A DNA stretch of 64,000 bases from an uncultured Trueperaceae bacterium (GTDB lineage: Bacteria > Deinococcota > Deinococci > Deinococcales > Trueperaceae). The position numbers and the translations under genes were made by a program. Shown here one piece after another: positions 1-11,500 of this stretch; position 1 is the first letter of the stretch; every line of letters starts with the position of its first letter. The stretch spans positions 21,163-85,162 of the forward strand of contig CAVUBJ010000005.1 in assembly GCA_963739805.1 (NCBI GenBank). The letters are read 5' to 3'. The notes beneath the pieces are model-generated. The model saw only the letters and a list, made by a program, of their open reading frames with translations, was not told the origin of the DNA and did not search any database.

Positions 1-110
1 GCCCACGGGGTGCGTCGGCGTGGGTCGCGCGGTGATGCACCGCGCCGCGACCGGTGCGGCCCACGACCGCGTCCGGCGTGGCCCGCGCGCGCGCCGCCTA
101 CAATGACGCC

Positions 111-755
111 ATGCCACAGACGTCCGACGAACACCTCGACGTCCTCGACGAGGCGGGGATGCCGACCGGCGAGGTCAAACCCCGCGACCGGGTGCACGCC
201 GACGGCGACTGGCACCGCGCCTTCCACCTGTGGGTGGTGCGCGAGGGTCGCCTGGTGCTGCTGCAGCGACGCGCGCGGGGTAAGGATCTGGAGGCGGGCA
301 AGCTCGACGTGACCGTGGGCGGCCACCTGAGCACGGGGGAGACCGTGCTCGACGCGGTGCGCGAGGCGGAGGAGGAGATCGGGCTGGCGTTGCGGCCGGG
401 CCAGCTCACCTTCCTTGGCACCGCGCGATCCGTGCGCACCTACCCCGACGCCCTCGACCGCGAGCTCCAGGAGGTCTACGTCGTGCGGGACGAGCGCCCG
501 TTGCAGCACTACGTTCTGGCCTGCGCCGAGGTGGAGGTGCTCTACGAGGCGCCCGTCGAGCGGGTGGTGGAGCTGGTGCGGGACGGACGATACCTGGCCG
601 CGGAGGGGTACGACTGCCAGCGGCGCGTGAGCAACGCGCTGCTCATGGGCGACGAGGTCATCGAGCAGGGACGCGAGCTCACCGCCCGCGCGTTGGAGCG
701 CGTGCGGGACTGGCTGGCGGGCGCCGATCCCGAGCGGATGCCGGACTGGCTGTAG
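111..755 (+). CDS. NUDIX hydrolase
   Basis: Nudix box GGHLSTGETVLDAVREAEEEIG (GX5EX7REUXEEXGU). Start taken at MPQTSDEHL; a TACAAT -10-like hexamer ends 6 nt before the ATG, so it is probably leaderless. The track ORF begins at 54. Confidence 0.8.
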   Translation: MPQTSDEHLDVLDEAGMPTGEVKPRDRVHADGDWHRAFHLWVVREGRLVLLQRRARGKDLEAGKLDVTVGGHLSTGETVLDAVREAEEEIGLALRPGQLTFLGTARSVRTYPDALDRELQEVYVVRDERPLQHYVLACAEVEVLYEAPVERVVELVRDGRYLAAEGYDCQRRVSNALLMGDEVIEQGRELTARALERVRDWLAGADPERMPDWL

Positions 756-834
756 CCGGGCCCTCGCGCGTCGCGCGCCGCGCCCGGCCACATGCCCGGA
801 CGCGGGGCGGCGCACGCCGCGCGTCCGGGGCTCG

Positions 835-2490
<1,656 letters not shown>

Positions 2491-2833
2491 TTCGATCCTC
2501 TCGCGCCGGTCCACGGGGAGCGGCACCGGACGTGGTGCTCCACGTCGGATTCGGCACGCCAGGGTGCGTGATGGTGTTGCCCGGGTCCGGCGGCGTGCCG
2601 CGCCGGTCCCGTATTCGCAAGATAGGGGTGGGGGCGTGCCCCCACGGACCGACCGGCGGCTCGCCCCCGCAAGGGGGTGGGGCCGGCTCGGGTGCTTCTT
2701 GCCCGGCGCCTCCGGACCCGTGCGGTGGATCCGGGCGCCGGGCGGGTGCGGTCCGCGCCGCGATACGCGCGCCGTGGCGCGCTCGGGTGCCGGGGTCGGC
2801 GCGGCGCGGACCGCACCGACCCCCCGTGCCGCC

Positions 2834-5035
2834 CTAGCGGTCGCGCGGGGGGCGGCGGCCGCCGCGATCGCGGTCGCGTCCGCCGCCGCCGCCGCCGCGG
2901 CGGCCGCCACTGCTGCGTGGCGCGATCTTCCCCTCGAGCTCGGGGCGCACCAGGTCGATCTTGCCACGGTCGTCGATGCTGTTGACCTTGACCTTGAGGT
3001 GGTCGCCCTCCTTGAGGTGGTCCTCGACCCGATTGACGCGCTCCTCGGCGATCTGGGAGATGTGCAACAGGCCGTCGGTGCCGGGGAAGAGGGTGATGAA
3101 GGCGCCGAAATCCGTGACCTTGGCGACCACGCCGTCGTACTCCTTGCCGATCTCGGCCGAGGCCGTCATGGCCTCGATCCGGTCGCGCACCGTCTCGGCC
3201 ACCGCGCTATCCTCGCTGTAGACCTTCACGAAGCCGTCCTCGGCCACCTCGATGGTGCAACCGAGGGCCTCGAGCTCGCGGATCTGCTTGCCGCCGGGGC
3301 CGATGACCGTGCCGATCTTGTCCACCGGGATGCGCACGCTGACGATGCGTGGAGCCCGTGGGGAGATCTCCGGTCGCGGCGCCTCGAGCACCTCGGCCAT
3401 CTTGCCGAGGATGTGCAGCCGGCCGCGCCGCGCCTGATCGAGCGCCTCGCGCATGATGGCCGGGGTGATGCCCCTGATCTTGATGTCCATCTGCAGCGCC
3501 GTGACGCCATCACGGGTGCCGGTGACCTTGAAGTCCATGTCCCCGAGGGCGTCCTCGGAGCCGAGGATGTCACTCAGGATGCGGTAGCGGTCCTCGGCCT
3601 TCACCAGGCCCATGGCGATGCCCGCGACGGGCTTGCGCATCGGCACGCCCGCGTCCATCAGCGCCAGGGTGCCGGCACATACGGTGGCCATCGAGCTCGA
3701 GCCGTTGGACTCGAGGGTCTCCGCCACCACGCGCAGCACGTAGGGGAAGCTCTCGGCGTCGGGGATCATGCGCACCAGCGAGCGCCTGGCCAGGTTGCCG
3801 TGCCCGAGCTCGCGGCGTGAGGTGCCGCGGAGCCGCTTGACCTCGCCCGTGGAGAAGGGCGGGAAGTTGTAGTGCAGCATGAACTCTTCGGTGTCCTCGA
3901 TGCCGAGGTCGTCCACCAGCCGGTTGCTGCGGCCCGTCCCGAGGGTCGCGGTGGCGAGCACCTGCGTCTCGCCGCGCGTGAACACCGCCGAGCCGTGCGC
4001 CATCGGGAGCACGCCCGCCTCGATCCAGATGGGGCGGATCTCGTCGGGCTTGCGGCCGTCGGTGCGGAGGTCCTCCTCCAGCACCAGGCGGCGCATCTCC
4101 GCGGCCTCGGCCTTGTCGTACGCGGCCTTGAGCTGCGACAGGCGCTCCTTGGCGCCGTCGGCCTCGGGGTCGGGCACGTGCCGCTCGAGGACGGCGTTGC
4201 GCAGGCTCTTCACGGCGTCGGCGCGCTCGTGCTTCCCCTGGGTCAGCAACGCGTCGCGCAGGCCGCGCTCGCGCGCCTCGCCCAGCACCGTGTCGACGTC
4301 GGCCGGGTCGAGCTCGACGGCCGGCTCGAAGCCGCGCTTGGGAAGCCCGACCTCCTCGCGCATGCGCTGGATCGTCTCGATCACGGGGGCGAGCGATGCC
4401 TGGGCGAACTCGATGCCGCCCACCATGACGTCCTCGGGGAGCTCGGCGGCCGCGGCCTCCACCATCAGCACGGCGTCGGCGCTGGCGGCGACCGTCAGCT
4501 CGAGCTCGCTGGCGCCGTTGTGCAGCGTCTCGATGCTGGGGTTGAGCACGTACTGGCCGTCCTGGTAGCCGACCGTGCAGCACGCGATGGGTCCGTCCCA
4601 GGGGATGTCGCTGATCGACAGCGCGGCGGAGGCGCCGATGGCGGCCAGCGGCGCGGGGTCGTTGACCTGGTCGGCCGACAGCACCGTGACGATGACCTGC
4701 GTCTCGTTGCGAAACTGCTTGGGGAACAGGGGGCGGATCTGGCGGTCGGTGATGCGGGCGTTGAGCGTGGCCTGCAGGCCGGGGCGCCCCTCGCGGCGCA
4801 TGAACGAGCCGGGGATCTTGCCGATGGCGTAGTGCCGCTCCTCGTACTCCACGGTCAGGGGCAGGAACGGCAGCGGGGAGGCGCTGTCGTTCATCTGCGC
4901 GGTGACGAGCACGATGGTGTCGCCGTAGCGCACGGTGACGGCGCCGGCGACCTGTTTGGCGTACTTGCCGGTCTCGAGGATGAGGTCGCGGCCACCGAAG
5001 TCGGTGACGTAACGACGAGCGCTAGGTAGGTTCAC
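2834..5035 (-). CDS. pnp: polynucleotide phosphorylase (PNPase) with a C-terminal Arg/Gly-rich tail
   Basis: Two RNase PH domains, KH and S1 domains ([30 protein letters not shown]). Classic pnp-rpsO synteny. Confidence 0.95.
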   Translation of the reverse strand: MNLPSARRYVTDFGGRDLILETGKYAKQVAGAVTVRYGDTIVLVTAQMNDSASPLPFLPLTVEYEERHYAIGKIPGSFMRREGRPGLQATLNARITDRQIRPLFPKQFRNETQVIVTVLSADQVNDPAPLAAIGASAALSISDIPWDGPIACCTVGYQDGQYVLNPSIETLHNGASELELTVAASADAVLMVEAAAAELPEDVMVGGIEFAQASLAPVIETIQRMREEVGLPKRGFEPAVELDPADVDTVLGEARERGLRDALLTQGKHERADAVKSLRNAVLERHVPDPEADGAKERLSQLKAAYDKAEAAEMRRLVLEEDLRTDGRKPDEIRPIWIEAGVLPMAHGSAVFTRGETQVLATATLGTGRSNRLVDDLGIEDTEEFMLHYNFPPFSTGEVKRLRGTSRRELGHGNLARRSLVRMIPDAESFPYVLRVVAETLESNGSSSMATVCAGTLALMDAGVPMRKPVAGIAMGLVKAEDRYRILSDILGSEDALGDMDFKVTGTRDGVTALQMDIKIRGITPAIMREALDQARRGRLHILGKMAEVLEAPRPEISPRAPRIVSVRIPVDKIGTVIGPGGKQIRELEALGCTIEVAEDGFVKVYSEDSAVAETVRDRIEAMTASAEIGKEYDGVVAKVTDFGAFITLFPGTDGLLHISQIAEERVNRVEDHLKEGDHLKVKVNSIDDRGKIDLVRPELEGKIAPRSSGGRRGGGGGGRDRDRGGRRPPRDR

Positions 5036-5146
5036 GCGGTCTCCTTCGTGCTACGGCGTCCGGGCGCCGGTGTGGCGTGCCTCGGACGCTCCGGGCGCGG
5101 TGCCCGGACGATGGTCGCCGCCCCCGTCATACGCGCCCGGCGAGGC

Positions 5147-5168
5147 CCCAAGGCCTCGCCGGTTCCGC
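5147..5168 (-). terminator. perfect 9-bp GC stem-loop between rpsO and pnp (rpsO terminator or pnp leader structure)
   Basis: ggcgaggcc-ccaa-ggcctcgcc in the 216-bp rpsO-pnp intergenic region. No U tract. Confidence 0.35.
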
Positions 5169-5251
5169 GGGTCGTGCCCCTTGCGGTCGCGTTCGGGTCG
5201 CGGTGTGTCGGCACTCGACGGCGGGGTGCGGTCGACGTGGGTTCTCGGCCC

Positions 5252-5521
5252 TCACCGCCGCAGCCCGAGGCTGGCGATGAGTTCCTTGTAGCCTTCGTAG
5301 TCAACCTTCTCGAGGTAGCTCAGCAGGCGCTTGCGGTGCCCCACCATCTTGAGCAGGCCGCGACGGCCGTGGTGGTCCTTCTTGTGGCTCTGCAGGTGCT
5401 GGCTGACGTCCTGGATGCGCGCGGTGAGCAGCGCCACCTGTACGGTCGTGGAACCGGTGTCCTTCTCGTCCCTGCCGTAGGTGCGCACGATCTCGCTCTT
5501 CATCTGAGGGGTGATCGCCAT
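5252..5521 (-). CDS. rpsO: 30S ribosomal protein S15
   Basis: 89 aa. Sequence [36 protein letters not shown]...[16 protein letters not shown]. Confidence 0.97.
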   Translation of the reverse strand: MAITPQMKSEIVRTYGRDEKDTGSTTVQVALLTARIQDVSQHLQSHKKDHHGRRGLLKMVGHRKRLLSYLEKVDYEGYKELIASLGLRR

Positions 5522-5715
5522 GGTAGATAACCAACCTTCCTAGGAGTGGGCTCCGGAGCGGATCCGTGGGATAGAGTCGATGCCGCACCAGACCTCCAAC
5601 CTTCACAATCTAGCACACCGTGCGGCGGCGTCCAAGGCGGCGGGTTACGGCGCGCGCCGCCGCCCGGGCGCCCGCGCCGCGGCGCGGCGGCCGTGCCGGG
5701 CGCTATCCTCGCCAC

Positions 5716-6138
5716 ATGTTCGTGCGCCAATGGACCATCACGCTGCGCCCTCGCCCGCGCGGCATCCACCTCGTCACCGACGAGCTCCTGAGCGAGATCG
5801 ACCTCGCCGGTGCCGCCGCCGGGACGCTGCAGCTCTTCGCCCAGCACACCTCGGCGGCGCTGACCCTCAACGAGAACGCCTCCCCGGAGGTGCGCGCCGA
5901 CCTCGAGCGCTGGCTCTCGCGGGCCGTGCCGGACGGGGCTCCGTACTTCCGCCACCGCCTCGAGGGGGACGACGACATGCCCGCGCACGTCAAGGCGAGC
6001 CTGTTCGGGGCGAGCGTGAGCGTGCCGGTGACCCGCGGGCGATTGGCACTGGGGACCTGGCAGGGGGTCTACCTGTGCGAGTTCCGGGAGTCCGGCGGGC
6101 ACCGCAGGGTGGTGGCGACGCTCCTGGCCGAGGGGTAA
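5716..6138 (+). CDS. YjbQ/UPF0047 family protein (secondary thiamine-phosphate synthase-like)
   Basis: MFVRQWTITLRPRPRGIHLVTDE...HVKASLFGASVSVPV matches the YjbQ fold family. A TATCCT -10-like hexamer sits 6 nt upstream of the ATG. The Arg-rich upstream part of the track ORF was rejected. Confidence 0.8.
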   Translation: MFVRQWTITLRPRPRGIHLVTDELLSEIDLAGAAAGTLQLFAQHTSAALTLNENASPEVRADLERWLSRAVPDGAPYFRHRLEGDDDMPAHVKASLFGASVSVPVTRGRLALGTWQGVYLCEFRESGGHRRVVATLLAEG

Positions 6139-6156
6139 GGGCCGCTCACGCGTGCT

Positions 6157-8112
6157 TCAGGCGTGCTCCTCGAACCACGCCACGATGGCGTCGAGCCGCG
6201 CGATGCGGCGGTCCGGGCGGCCCGAGCGCGACAGCTCGTGCCCCTCGCCGGGCACGCGCAGGAAGGCGGTGTCGGCGCGGCCGAGGCTCTTCAGCGCCAC
6301 GTACCACTGCTCGCCCTGTTCGATGGGGCAGCGATGGTCCTCCTCGGCGTGGATCACCAGCGTGGGGGTGGTGACCTCGGCGGCGTACGCCAGCGGGCTC
6401 TGCCGCCACAGGGCCTCGAGGTCTGCCCAGGGCGGGCCGCCGACCTCGCGCTCGGTGAAGCGGGGCCCGATGTCGGACACGCCGTAGAAGCTCGTCCAGT
6501 TGCAGATGCTGCGCTGCGTCACCGCGCTCCTGAAGCGGTCGGTGTGCCCCACCAGCCAGTTGGTCATGAAGCCGCCGTAGCTCCCCCCCGTGAGGTGCAG
6601 GGGGGCGTCCTGGCGCTCGTGGCGCGCCAGGGCGTCGTCCGCGATCGCCAGGACGTCGCGCGCGTCGCCACCGCCGTAGTCCCCCAGCACCGCCTGGAGG
6701 AAGGGCGTGCCATACGAGGAGCCGCCGCGCGGGTTGCCGTAGACCACGGTGTAGCCGCGCGCCGCGAGGAGTTGGAACTCCAGCACGAAGCCGTAGCCGT
6801 AGTTGGCGTGCGGCCCGCCGTGCACCTGAACGACGAGCGCGCGATCGGCGCGCGCGCGCACGGGCGGCATCGTCCAGTACGTCAGCGCGTCGCCCGCGTC
6901 GTTGCGCAGCGTGATGGCCTCGCGCGGGCGCCGCAGGCGCCGGGCCTCCCGCCAGGCGTCGTTGGCGGCGCTGAGTCGGCGCTCGCTGGCGTCGGGCTCG
7001 CGCAGCCACAGCTCACCGGGGGCGTCGGGAGCTTCCGAGATGAACACGGCGCGCCCCGACCCCGCATCGAAGGCGGTGACCGCCCGGGGGCCGCTCATGA
7101 GGGGGGTCACGCCGCCCTCCAGGTCCACGCGCGCCAGGGCGCTCGAGCCCTCCCTGTTGAGGTTGAAGATCAGGGCGTGGTCGTCGTCCCACACGGGGTG
7201 TTGCGGGTAATCGCCGTAACGGCTGTCGCCCGCGATGGATTGCGCCGCGTCGAGGCCCCCGGTCAACAGCCGCGGCGTGCCCCCCTCCGACGGCACCACC
7301 CACACGCCGGTGGGACTCCCCAGGTCGTCGGCCAGCGACGGGGCCAGGAAGGCGAGGTGGCGTCCGTCGGGGGACGGCACCGGCCCCCCGGGGCTCAGCA
7401 ACCCCTCGACCACAGGACGCACGGCGCGGCTTCGCAGGTCGAGGGCGTAGAGCCCGCCGCGCCAGCGGTCGGCCGCGTCGAGATCGTGCGACCCGACGAA
7501 GAAGAGGGTGCGGCCGTCGGGCGAGAAGGCGGGCGCGGACGCGCCGGCCGGCAGGTCGGTCAGCCGCCGGCTGCGCCCCGAGCGCAGGCTGTGCAGGTGG
7601 AGCTGCGCCGGGTGGGCCGGCCGGAGCCCGGCGCCGTCGTCCTTGTAGCGCAGGCGGGTGATGCGCCGCGGATGCCCCGGCGCCGCCCCCTCCTCGCCGG
7701 CGTCGCCGCGGCTGACGAACGCCAGCCGCCGGCCGTCCGGGTGCCAGCAGAAGTCGCTGACGCCGGTTGGCAGGTCGGTCAGGGCCTCGGACTCGCCGCC
7801 GTCGAGGGGCAACAGGCGCAGCTGGGGCTTGCCCTGCTCGGTGGCGCGGCCCAGGTACGCCAGCCGGTCGCCGCGCGGGGAGAAGCGCGGCGACCGGTCG
7901 CCGTAGGGTGACGCCGTGAACGGGCGGGGGTCGGCGCGCCCGTCGGCGTCGAAGAGCACGACCCGGCCGCGGTAGCGCGGCGGCGCGTCGCCCTCGCCGC
8001 GCAGCACCGTCGTGACGACGGCGGCCGCGCGGCCGCCGTCGGCGCTGAGCCGTGGGTCGGAGACGAACGCCAGGTCCATCAGGTCTTCGCTGGTGACGCG
8101 TTTCGCCATCAT
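6157..8112 (-). CDS. S9 family serine peptidase (prolyl oligopeptidase/acylaminoacyl-peptidase-like)
   Basis: N-terminal beta-propeller-like repeats, then a C-terminal alpha/beta hydrolase with GGSYGG nucleophile elbow and HGGPH. Confidence 0.85.
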   Translation of the reverse strand: MMAKRVTSEDLMDLAFVSDPRLSADGGRAAAVVTTVLRGEGDAPPRYRGRVVLFDADGRADPRPFTASPYGDRSPRFSPRGDRLAYLGRATEQGKPQLRLLPLDGGESEALTDLPTGVSDFCWHPDGRRLAFVSRGDAGEEGAAPGHPRRITRLRYKDDGAGLRPAHPAQLHLHSLRSGRSRRLTDLPAGASAPAFSPDGRTLFFVGSHDLDAADRWRGGLYALDLRSRAVRPVVEGLLSPGGPVPSPDGRHLAFLAPSLADDLGSPTGVWVVPSEGGTPRLLTGGLDAAQSIAGDSRYGDYPQHPVWDDDHALIFNLNREGSSALARVDLEGGVTPLMSGPRAVTAFDAGSGRAVFISEAPDAPGELWLREPDASERRLSAANDAWREARRLRRPREAITLRNDAGDALTYWTMPPVRARADRALVVQVHGGPHANYGYGFVLEFQLLAARGYTVVYGNPRGGSSYGTPFLQAVLGDYGGGDARDVLAIADDALARHERQDAPLHLTGGSYGGFMTNWLVGHTDRFRSAVTQRSICNWTSFYGVSDIGPRFTEREVGGPPWADLEALWRQSPLAYAAEVTTPTLVIHAEEDHRCPIEQGEQWYVALKSLGRADTAFLRVPGEGHELSRSGRPDRRIARLDAIVAWFEEHA

Positions 8113-8867
8113 TCCTCCTGGGTCTCGGGGCCCGGCTCGCGGCCGCCCCCACGGCCGCGGACGATGCTGTGGATGAGGATGCCGGCGGCCACGGAGGCAT
8201 TGAGCGACGCCACCTTGCCGCGCATCGGGATGCCGACGGTGTCGTCGCAGCGCTCCCGCACCAGGCGGCGCAGGCCGCCACCCTCCGAGCCGATGACGAG
8301 GGCGGCGTCGCGGTCCCAGTCGACCGCCTCGGGCGATTGGGCGGCGTCGCCGGCGGCCCCGTAGACCCAGACGTTGCGGTCCTTGAGCTCCTGCATGGTG
8401 CGCGGCAGGTTGGTGACGGTGACGATCGGGAGGTGGCTGGTGGCGCCCGCGGCCGTCTTCACCACCACGGGCGACAGCGGGGCGCTGCGGCGCTGTTCCA
8501 TCACCACGCCGTGCGCGCCGAGCACCTCCGCGCTGCGGATGATGGCACCCACGTTGTGGGGGTCGGTGAGCTGGTCGAGCAGGACCAGCAGCAGGCGCTC
8601 GCCGCGCTCGGCGGCAAGGCGGAAGCAGGCCTCCAGCTCGCTGGTCGGCACCTCCGGCAGCTCCGCGGCGACGCCCTGGTGGGACGTGGTGCGCAGCGCC
8701 TGGTCGAGGGCGATGCGCGGCACCTCCTCGAGCGGCACGCCGGCGCTGTCGGCCAGGCTGCGCAGCTCCTCGAGCGTGCCGCTGCGCACCCCGCGCGCCA
8801 CCAGCACGCGTTCGACGTCGCCCCCGCGGAGTGCCTCGAGGACTGCGTTGCGGCCGTAGATCAGCAT
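8109..8867 (-). CDS. rlmB: TrmH/SpoU family 23S rRNA 2'-O-methyltransferase (RlmB-like)
   Basis: MLIYGRNAVLEAL start. SpoU motifs LLVLLDQLTDPHNVGAIIRSAEVLG and LVIGSEGGGLR...SLNASVAAGILI. An alternative GTG start at 8891 would overlap the ribF stop (GTGA). Confidence 0.85.
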   Translation of the reverse strand: MLIYGRNAVLEALRGGDVERVLVARGVRSGTLEELRSLADSAGVPLEEVPRIALDQALRTTSHQGVAAELPEVPTSELEACFRLAAERGERLLLVLLDQLTDPHNVGAIIRSAEVLGAHGVVMEQRRSAPLSPVVVKTAAGATSHLPIVTVTNLPRTMQELKDRNVWVYGAAGDAAQSPEAVDWDRDAALVIGSEGGGLRRLVRERCDDTVGIPMRGKVASLNASVAAGILIHSIVRGRGGGREPGPETQEE

Positions 8868-8887
8868 GCCGTGAGTATACGCGCGCC

Positions 8888-9793
8888 TCACTCGCCCGCG
8901 GCGGGCGCCGCCAACGCGAGGCGCGCGGCGCGGGCGTCCAGGGCGAGCTGGCTGCGCAACGCGTCCACGCCGTCGAAGCGACGTTGCGGCCGCAGGTGGG
9001 CGTGGACGAAGGTGGTGATGTCGTGGCCGTAGAGGTCGCCCTCGAAGCCGAACAGGTGCGCCTCGAGCGACGGCGGTTCGTCCGGGAAACTGGGGCGCGG
9101 CCCCACGTTGGCCATGCCGTCGAAGCGCCCCAGCGGGGTGTCGACGCGTACCGCGAAGACGCCGACCGGTAGTGCCTTGCGGGGGTCGGTGGCCACGTTG
9201 GCGGTGGGAAAGCCGATCGTACGCCCGCGGCGCTGCCCCTCGACGACGGGCCCCTGCACGCGGTACGGGCCGCCCAGCAGGGCGTTGGCTCGAGCCACGT
9301 CGCCGCTCGAGAGGTGCTCGCGGATGTGCGACGACTTCACCACCTCGCCGTGAAGCGTCCTCAGGCCGAAGGCCTCCAGGCGCTCGGGGATGGGGGAGAG
9401 GTCGTTGAGGCCCCCGGCGCGCCCGTGGCCGAAGCGGAAGTCCTCCCCGACGATGATGGTGTGCGGCGCCAGGCGCCGGAGCTGATCGACGAACACCGCC
9501 TTGTCGGTGCGGGCGTAATCGCGGGAGAACGGGATCATCACCACGGCGTCCGGCGCGAAGGGCTCGAGCAGGGCGAGCTTCTCCTCGGCGCTACTGAGGA
9601 ACGTCGCGCGCCCGAACACCACCTTGGCGGGCGGGAAGAAGGTGAGCACCACGGCCGGGCGCGCGCCCTCGTCCGCCACCTCGCGCATGCGCTCGAGCAG
9701 CATGCGGTGGCCGAGGTGGACCCCGTCGAAGTTGCCGATCGACAGCACGCCGCCCTTGAGGTCGAGGTCCTCGGGCCCGTGGACGATCCTCAC
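8888..9793 (-). CDS. ribF: bifunctional riboflavin kinase / FMN adenylyltransferase
   Basis: SIGNFDGVHLGH (FAD synthetase HxGH) plus a C-terminal riboflavin kinase domain (YGHDITTFVHAHLRPQRRF). GTG start at 9793 overlapping the upstream Nudix stop (GTGA) is inferred. Confidence 0.8.
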   Translation of the reverse strand: MRIVHGPEDLDLKGGVLSIGNFDGVHLGHRMLLERMREVADEGARPAVVLTFFPPAKVVFGRATFLSSAEEKLALLEPFAPDAVVMIPFSRDYARTDKAVFVDQLRRLAPHTIIVGEDFRFGHGRAGGLNDLSPIPERLEAFGLRTLHGEVVKSSHIREHLSSGDVARANALLGGPYRVQGPVVEGQRRGRTIGFPTANVATDPRKALPVGVFAVRVDTPLGRFDGMANVGPRPSFPDEPPSLEAHLFGFEGDLYGHDITTFVHAHLRPQRRFDGVDALRSQLALDARAARLALAAPAAGE

Positions 9794-10344
9794 GGTGCCA
9801 CGCCGAGCCGGGCCAGCGCGTGGCGCAGCCCCACCAGCGTGGCGCCGCTGGTGGCCAGGCGGCCGGCGGCGACCTCGTGCCACAGCTCCTCGGCGTCGCG
9901 CCACTCGATCGCCAGCTCCTCCCCCTCGTCCGGCGTGCCCTCGGCCTCGACCACGTCGTGGGCGAGGTAGAGCCAGATCTGCTCGTCGCAGAATCCGGGG
10001 GAGGCGTAGAGGCGGGTGAGGAACTCGAGGCGCCCGCCGAGCTGGACCTCCTCGGCGAGCTCGCGGTGGGCGGCCTGCTCCGGGGTCTCGCCGGGATCGA
10101 TGAGCCCCGCGGGCAGCTCCCAGGTCGCGCCGCCGATGGCGGGGCGGCGCTGGCGTACGCCCAGAACGCTGCGGCCGCGTTGTACCAGCACGGCCACGGC
10201 GTCCGCGTGCTCGACGACCTCCCAGCGCCCGTCCAGCACCGCGAGCGTGAGGATGTGTCCCTGGTAGATCTCGCGCCTGGCGCGAGGGGTGTCGTCCTGC
10301 ACGAGAGTCAGCCTACCAGACGCGGTCGGGCGCGGGGCCCTCAC
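9790..10344 (-). CDS. NUDIX hydrolase (ADP-ribose pyrophosphatase-like)
   Basis: Nudix box GLIDPGETPEQAAHRELAEEVQL (Gly to Gln at the last box position). Confidence 0.75.
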   Translation of the reverse strand: MRAPRPTASGRLTLVQDDTPRARREIYQGHILTLAVLDGRWEVVEHADAVAVLVQRGRSVLGVRQRRPAIGGATWELPAGLIDPGETPEQAAHRELAEEVQLGGRLEFLTRLYASPGFCDEQIWLYLAHDVVEAEGTPDEGEELAIEWRDAEELWHEVAAGRLATSGATLVGLRHALARLGVAP

Positions 10345-10408
10345 GGGGGCGGGGCCGGGACCATTTGGGTCCCGGCCCCGCCCCGGAGCCGATGGCTGGC
10401 GTGCGCCC

Positions 10409-11479
10409 TCAGTTCTCGCCGGCGTCCGGGTTGTAGCGCAGGAAGGCCGGGATGTCGTAGTTGCTGGGGTCGTAGCTGCGACCGCCCGCGGCCGCCCGCA
10501 GGTGCGTCGGGCGCAGCACCTTCATCTGCGGCGACTGATCGAAGCCCGCGGCGATGACCGTCACGCGCACCTCGTCGGCGGCGTCCTCGTCGTAGGTGAC
10601 GCCGAACAGGACGTTGACGTCCTCCACCTCGGTGGCCTCGCTGATCTTCTCGACGATCTCGTGCGCGTCGAACAGCGTGAGGTCCTCGGAGCCGGTGATG
10701 TTGATGAGCAGGTGCCGGGCGCCCTCCACCCCGCGCGCGAGCAGGGGGCTATGGGTGGCGCTGTTGGCCGCCTCGTCGGCGAGCTTCTCGCCGCGCCCCG
10801 CGCCGATGCCCATGAGCACGGTACCCGCGCCCTGAAGCAGCGCCTTGACGTCGGCGAAGTCGACGTTGATCAGCCCCGGCATGTTGATGACGTCGCTGAT
10901 GCCGCGCACCCCGTGGTAGAGCACGCGGTCGGCGACACGGAAGGCGTCGGTCAGCTTCACCTTGCGGTCGAGGGCGGACAGCAGCCGCTGGTTCTCGACC
11001 ACGATCAGGGCGTCGACCTTGTCCTCGAGCTTGCGCAGGCCGTCCTCGGCCTGACGCATGCGCTTGGGGCCCTCGAAGACGAAGGGCGTGGTGACGACCG
11101 CGATGGCGAGCGCGCCGAGCTCGCGGGCGACCTCCGCCACCACCGGCGCGCTGCCGGTGCCGGTGCCGCCACCCATGCCGGCGGTGATGAACACCAGGTC
11201 GCAGCCGCGCATCGCCTCGGCGATGCGGTCGCGGTCCTCGACGGCGGCCCGCTCGCCGATCTCCGGGTCCGCCCCGGCGCCCAGCCCCTTGGTGATATGG
11301 TCCCCCATCTGGATGCGGGTGTCGGCCAGGCTGGTGGCCAGCACCTGTGCGTCGGTGTTGGCGGCGACGAACTCCACGCCCCGCAAGCCCGTCTCGATCA
11401 TGCGGTTCACGGCGTTGTTGCCGCCGCCGCCAAGACCGATAACCCGGATCACGGCGTTCTCGCTATGGTTCATGGTCAC
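10409..11479 (-). CDS. ftsZ: cell division GTPase FtsZ
   Basis: VIGLGGGGNNAVNRM, tubulin signature GGGTGTGSAPVVAE. Confidence 0.97.
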   Translation of the reverse strand: MTMNHSENAVIRVIGLGGGGNNAVNRMIETGLRGVEFVAANTDAQVLATSLADTRIQMGDHITKGLGAGADPEIGERAAVEDRDRIAEAMRGCDLVFITAGMGGGTGTGSAPVVAEVARELGALAIAVVTTPFVFEGPKRMRQAEDGLRKLEDKVDALIVVENQRLLSALDRKVKLTDAFRVADRVLYHGVRGISDVINMPGLINVDFADVKALLQGAGTVLMGIGAGRGEKLADEAANSATHSPLLARGVEGARHLLINITGSEDLTLFDAHEIVEKISEATEVEDVNVLFGVTYDEDAADEVRVTVIAAGFDQSPQMKVLRPTHLRAAAGGRSYDPSNYDIPAFLRYNPDAGEN

Positions 11480-11500
11480 GTCCTCACGCTCCCCATCGGC

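Noticed and set aside
6146-8281. Long ORFs overlapping the S9 peptidase (6163..7911 +, 7013..8281 -, 6146..7009 -)
   Set aside because: Shadow frames with no domain signatures.
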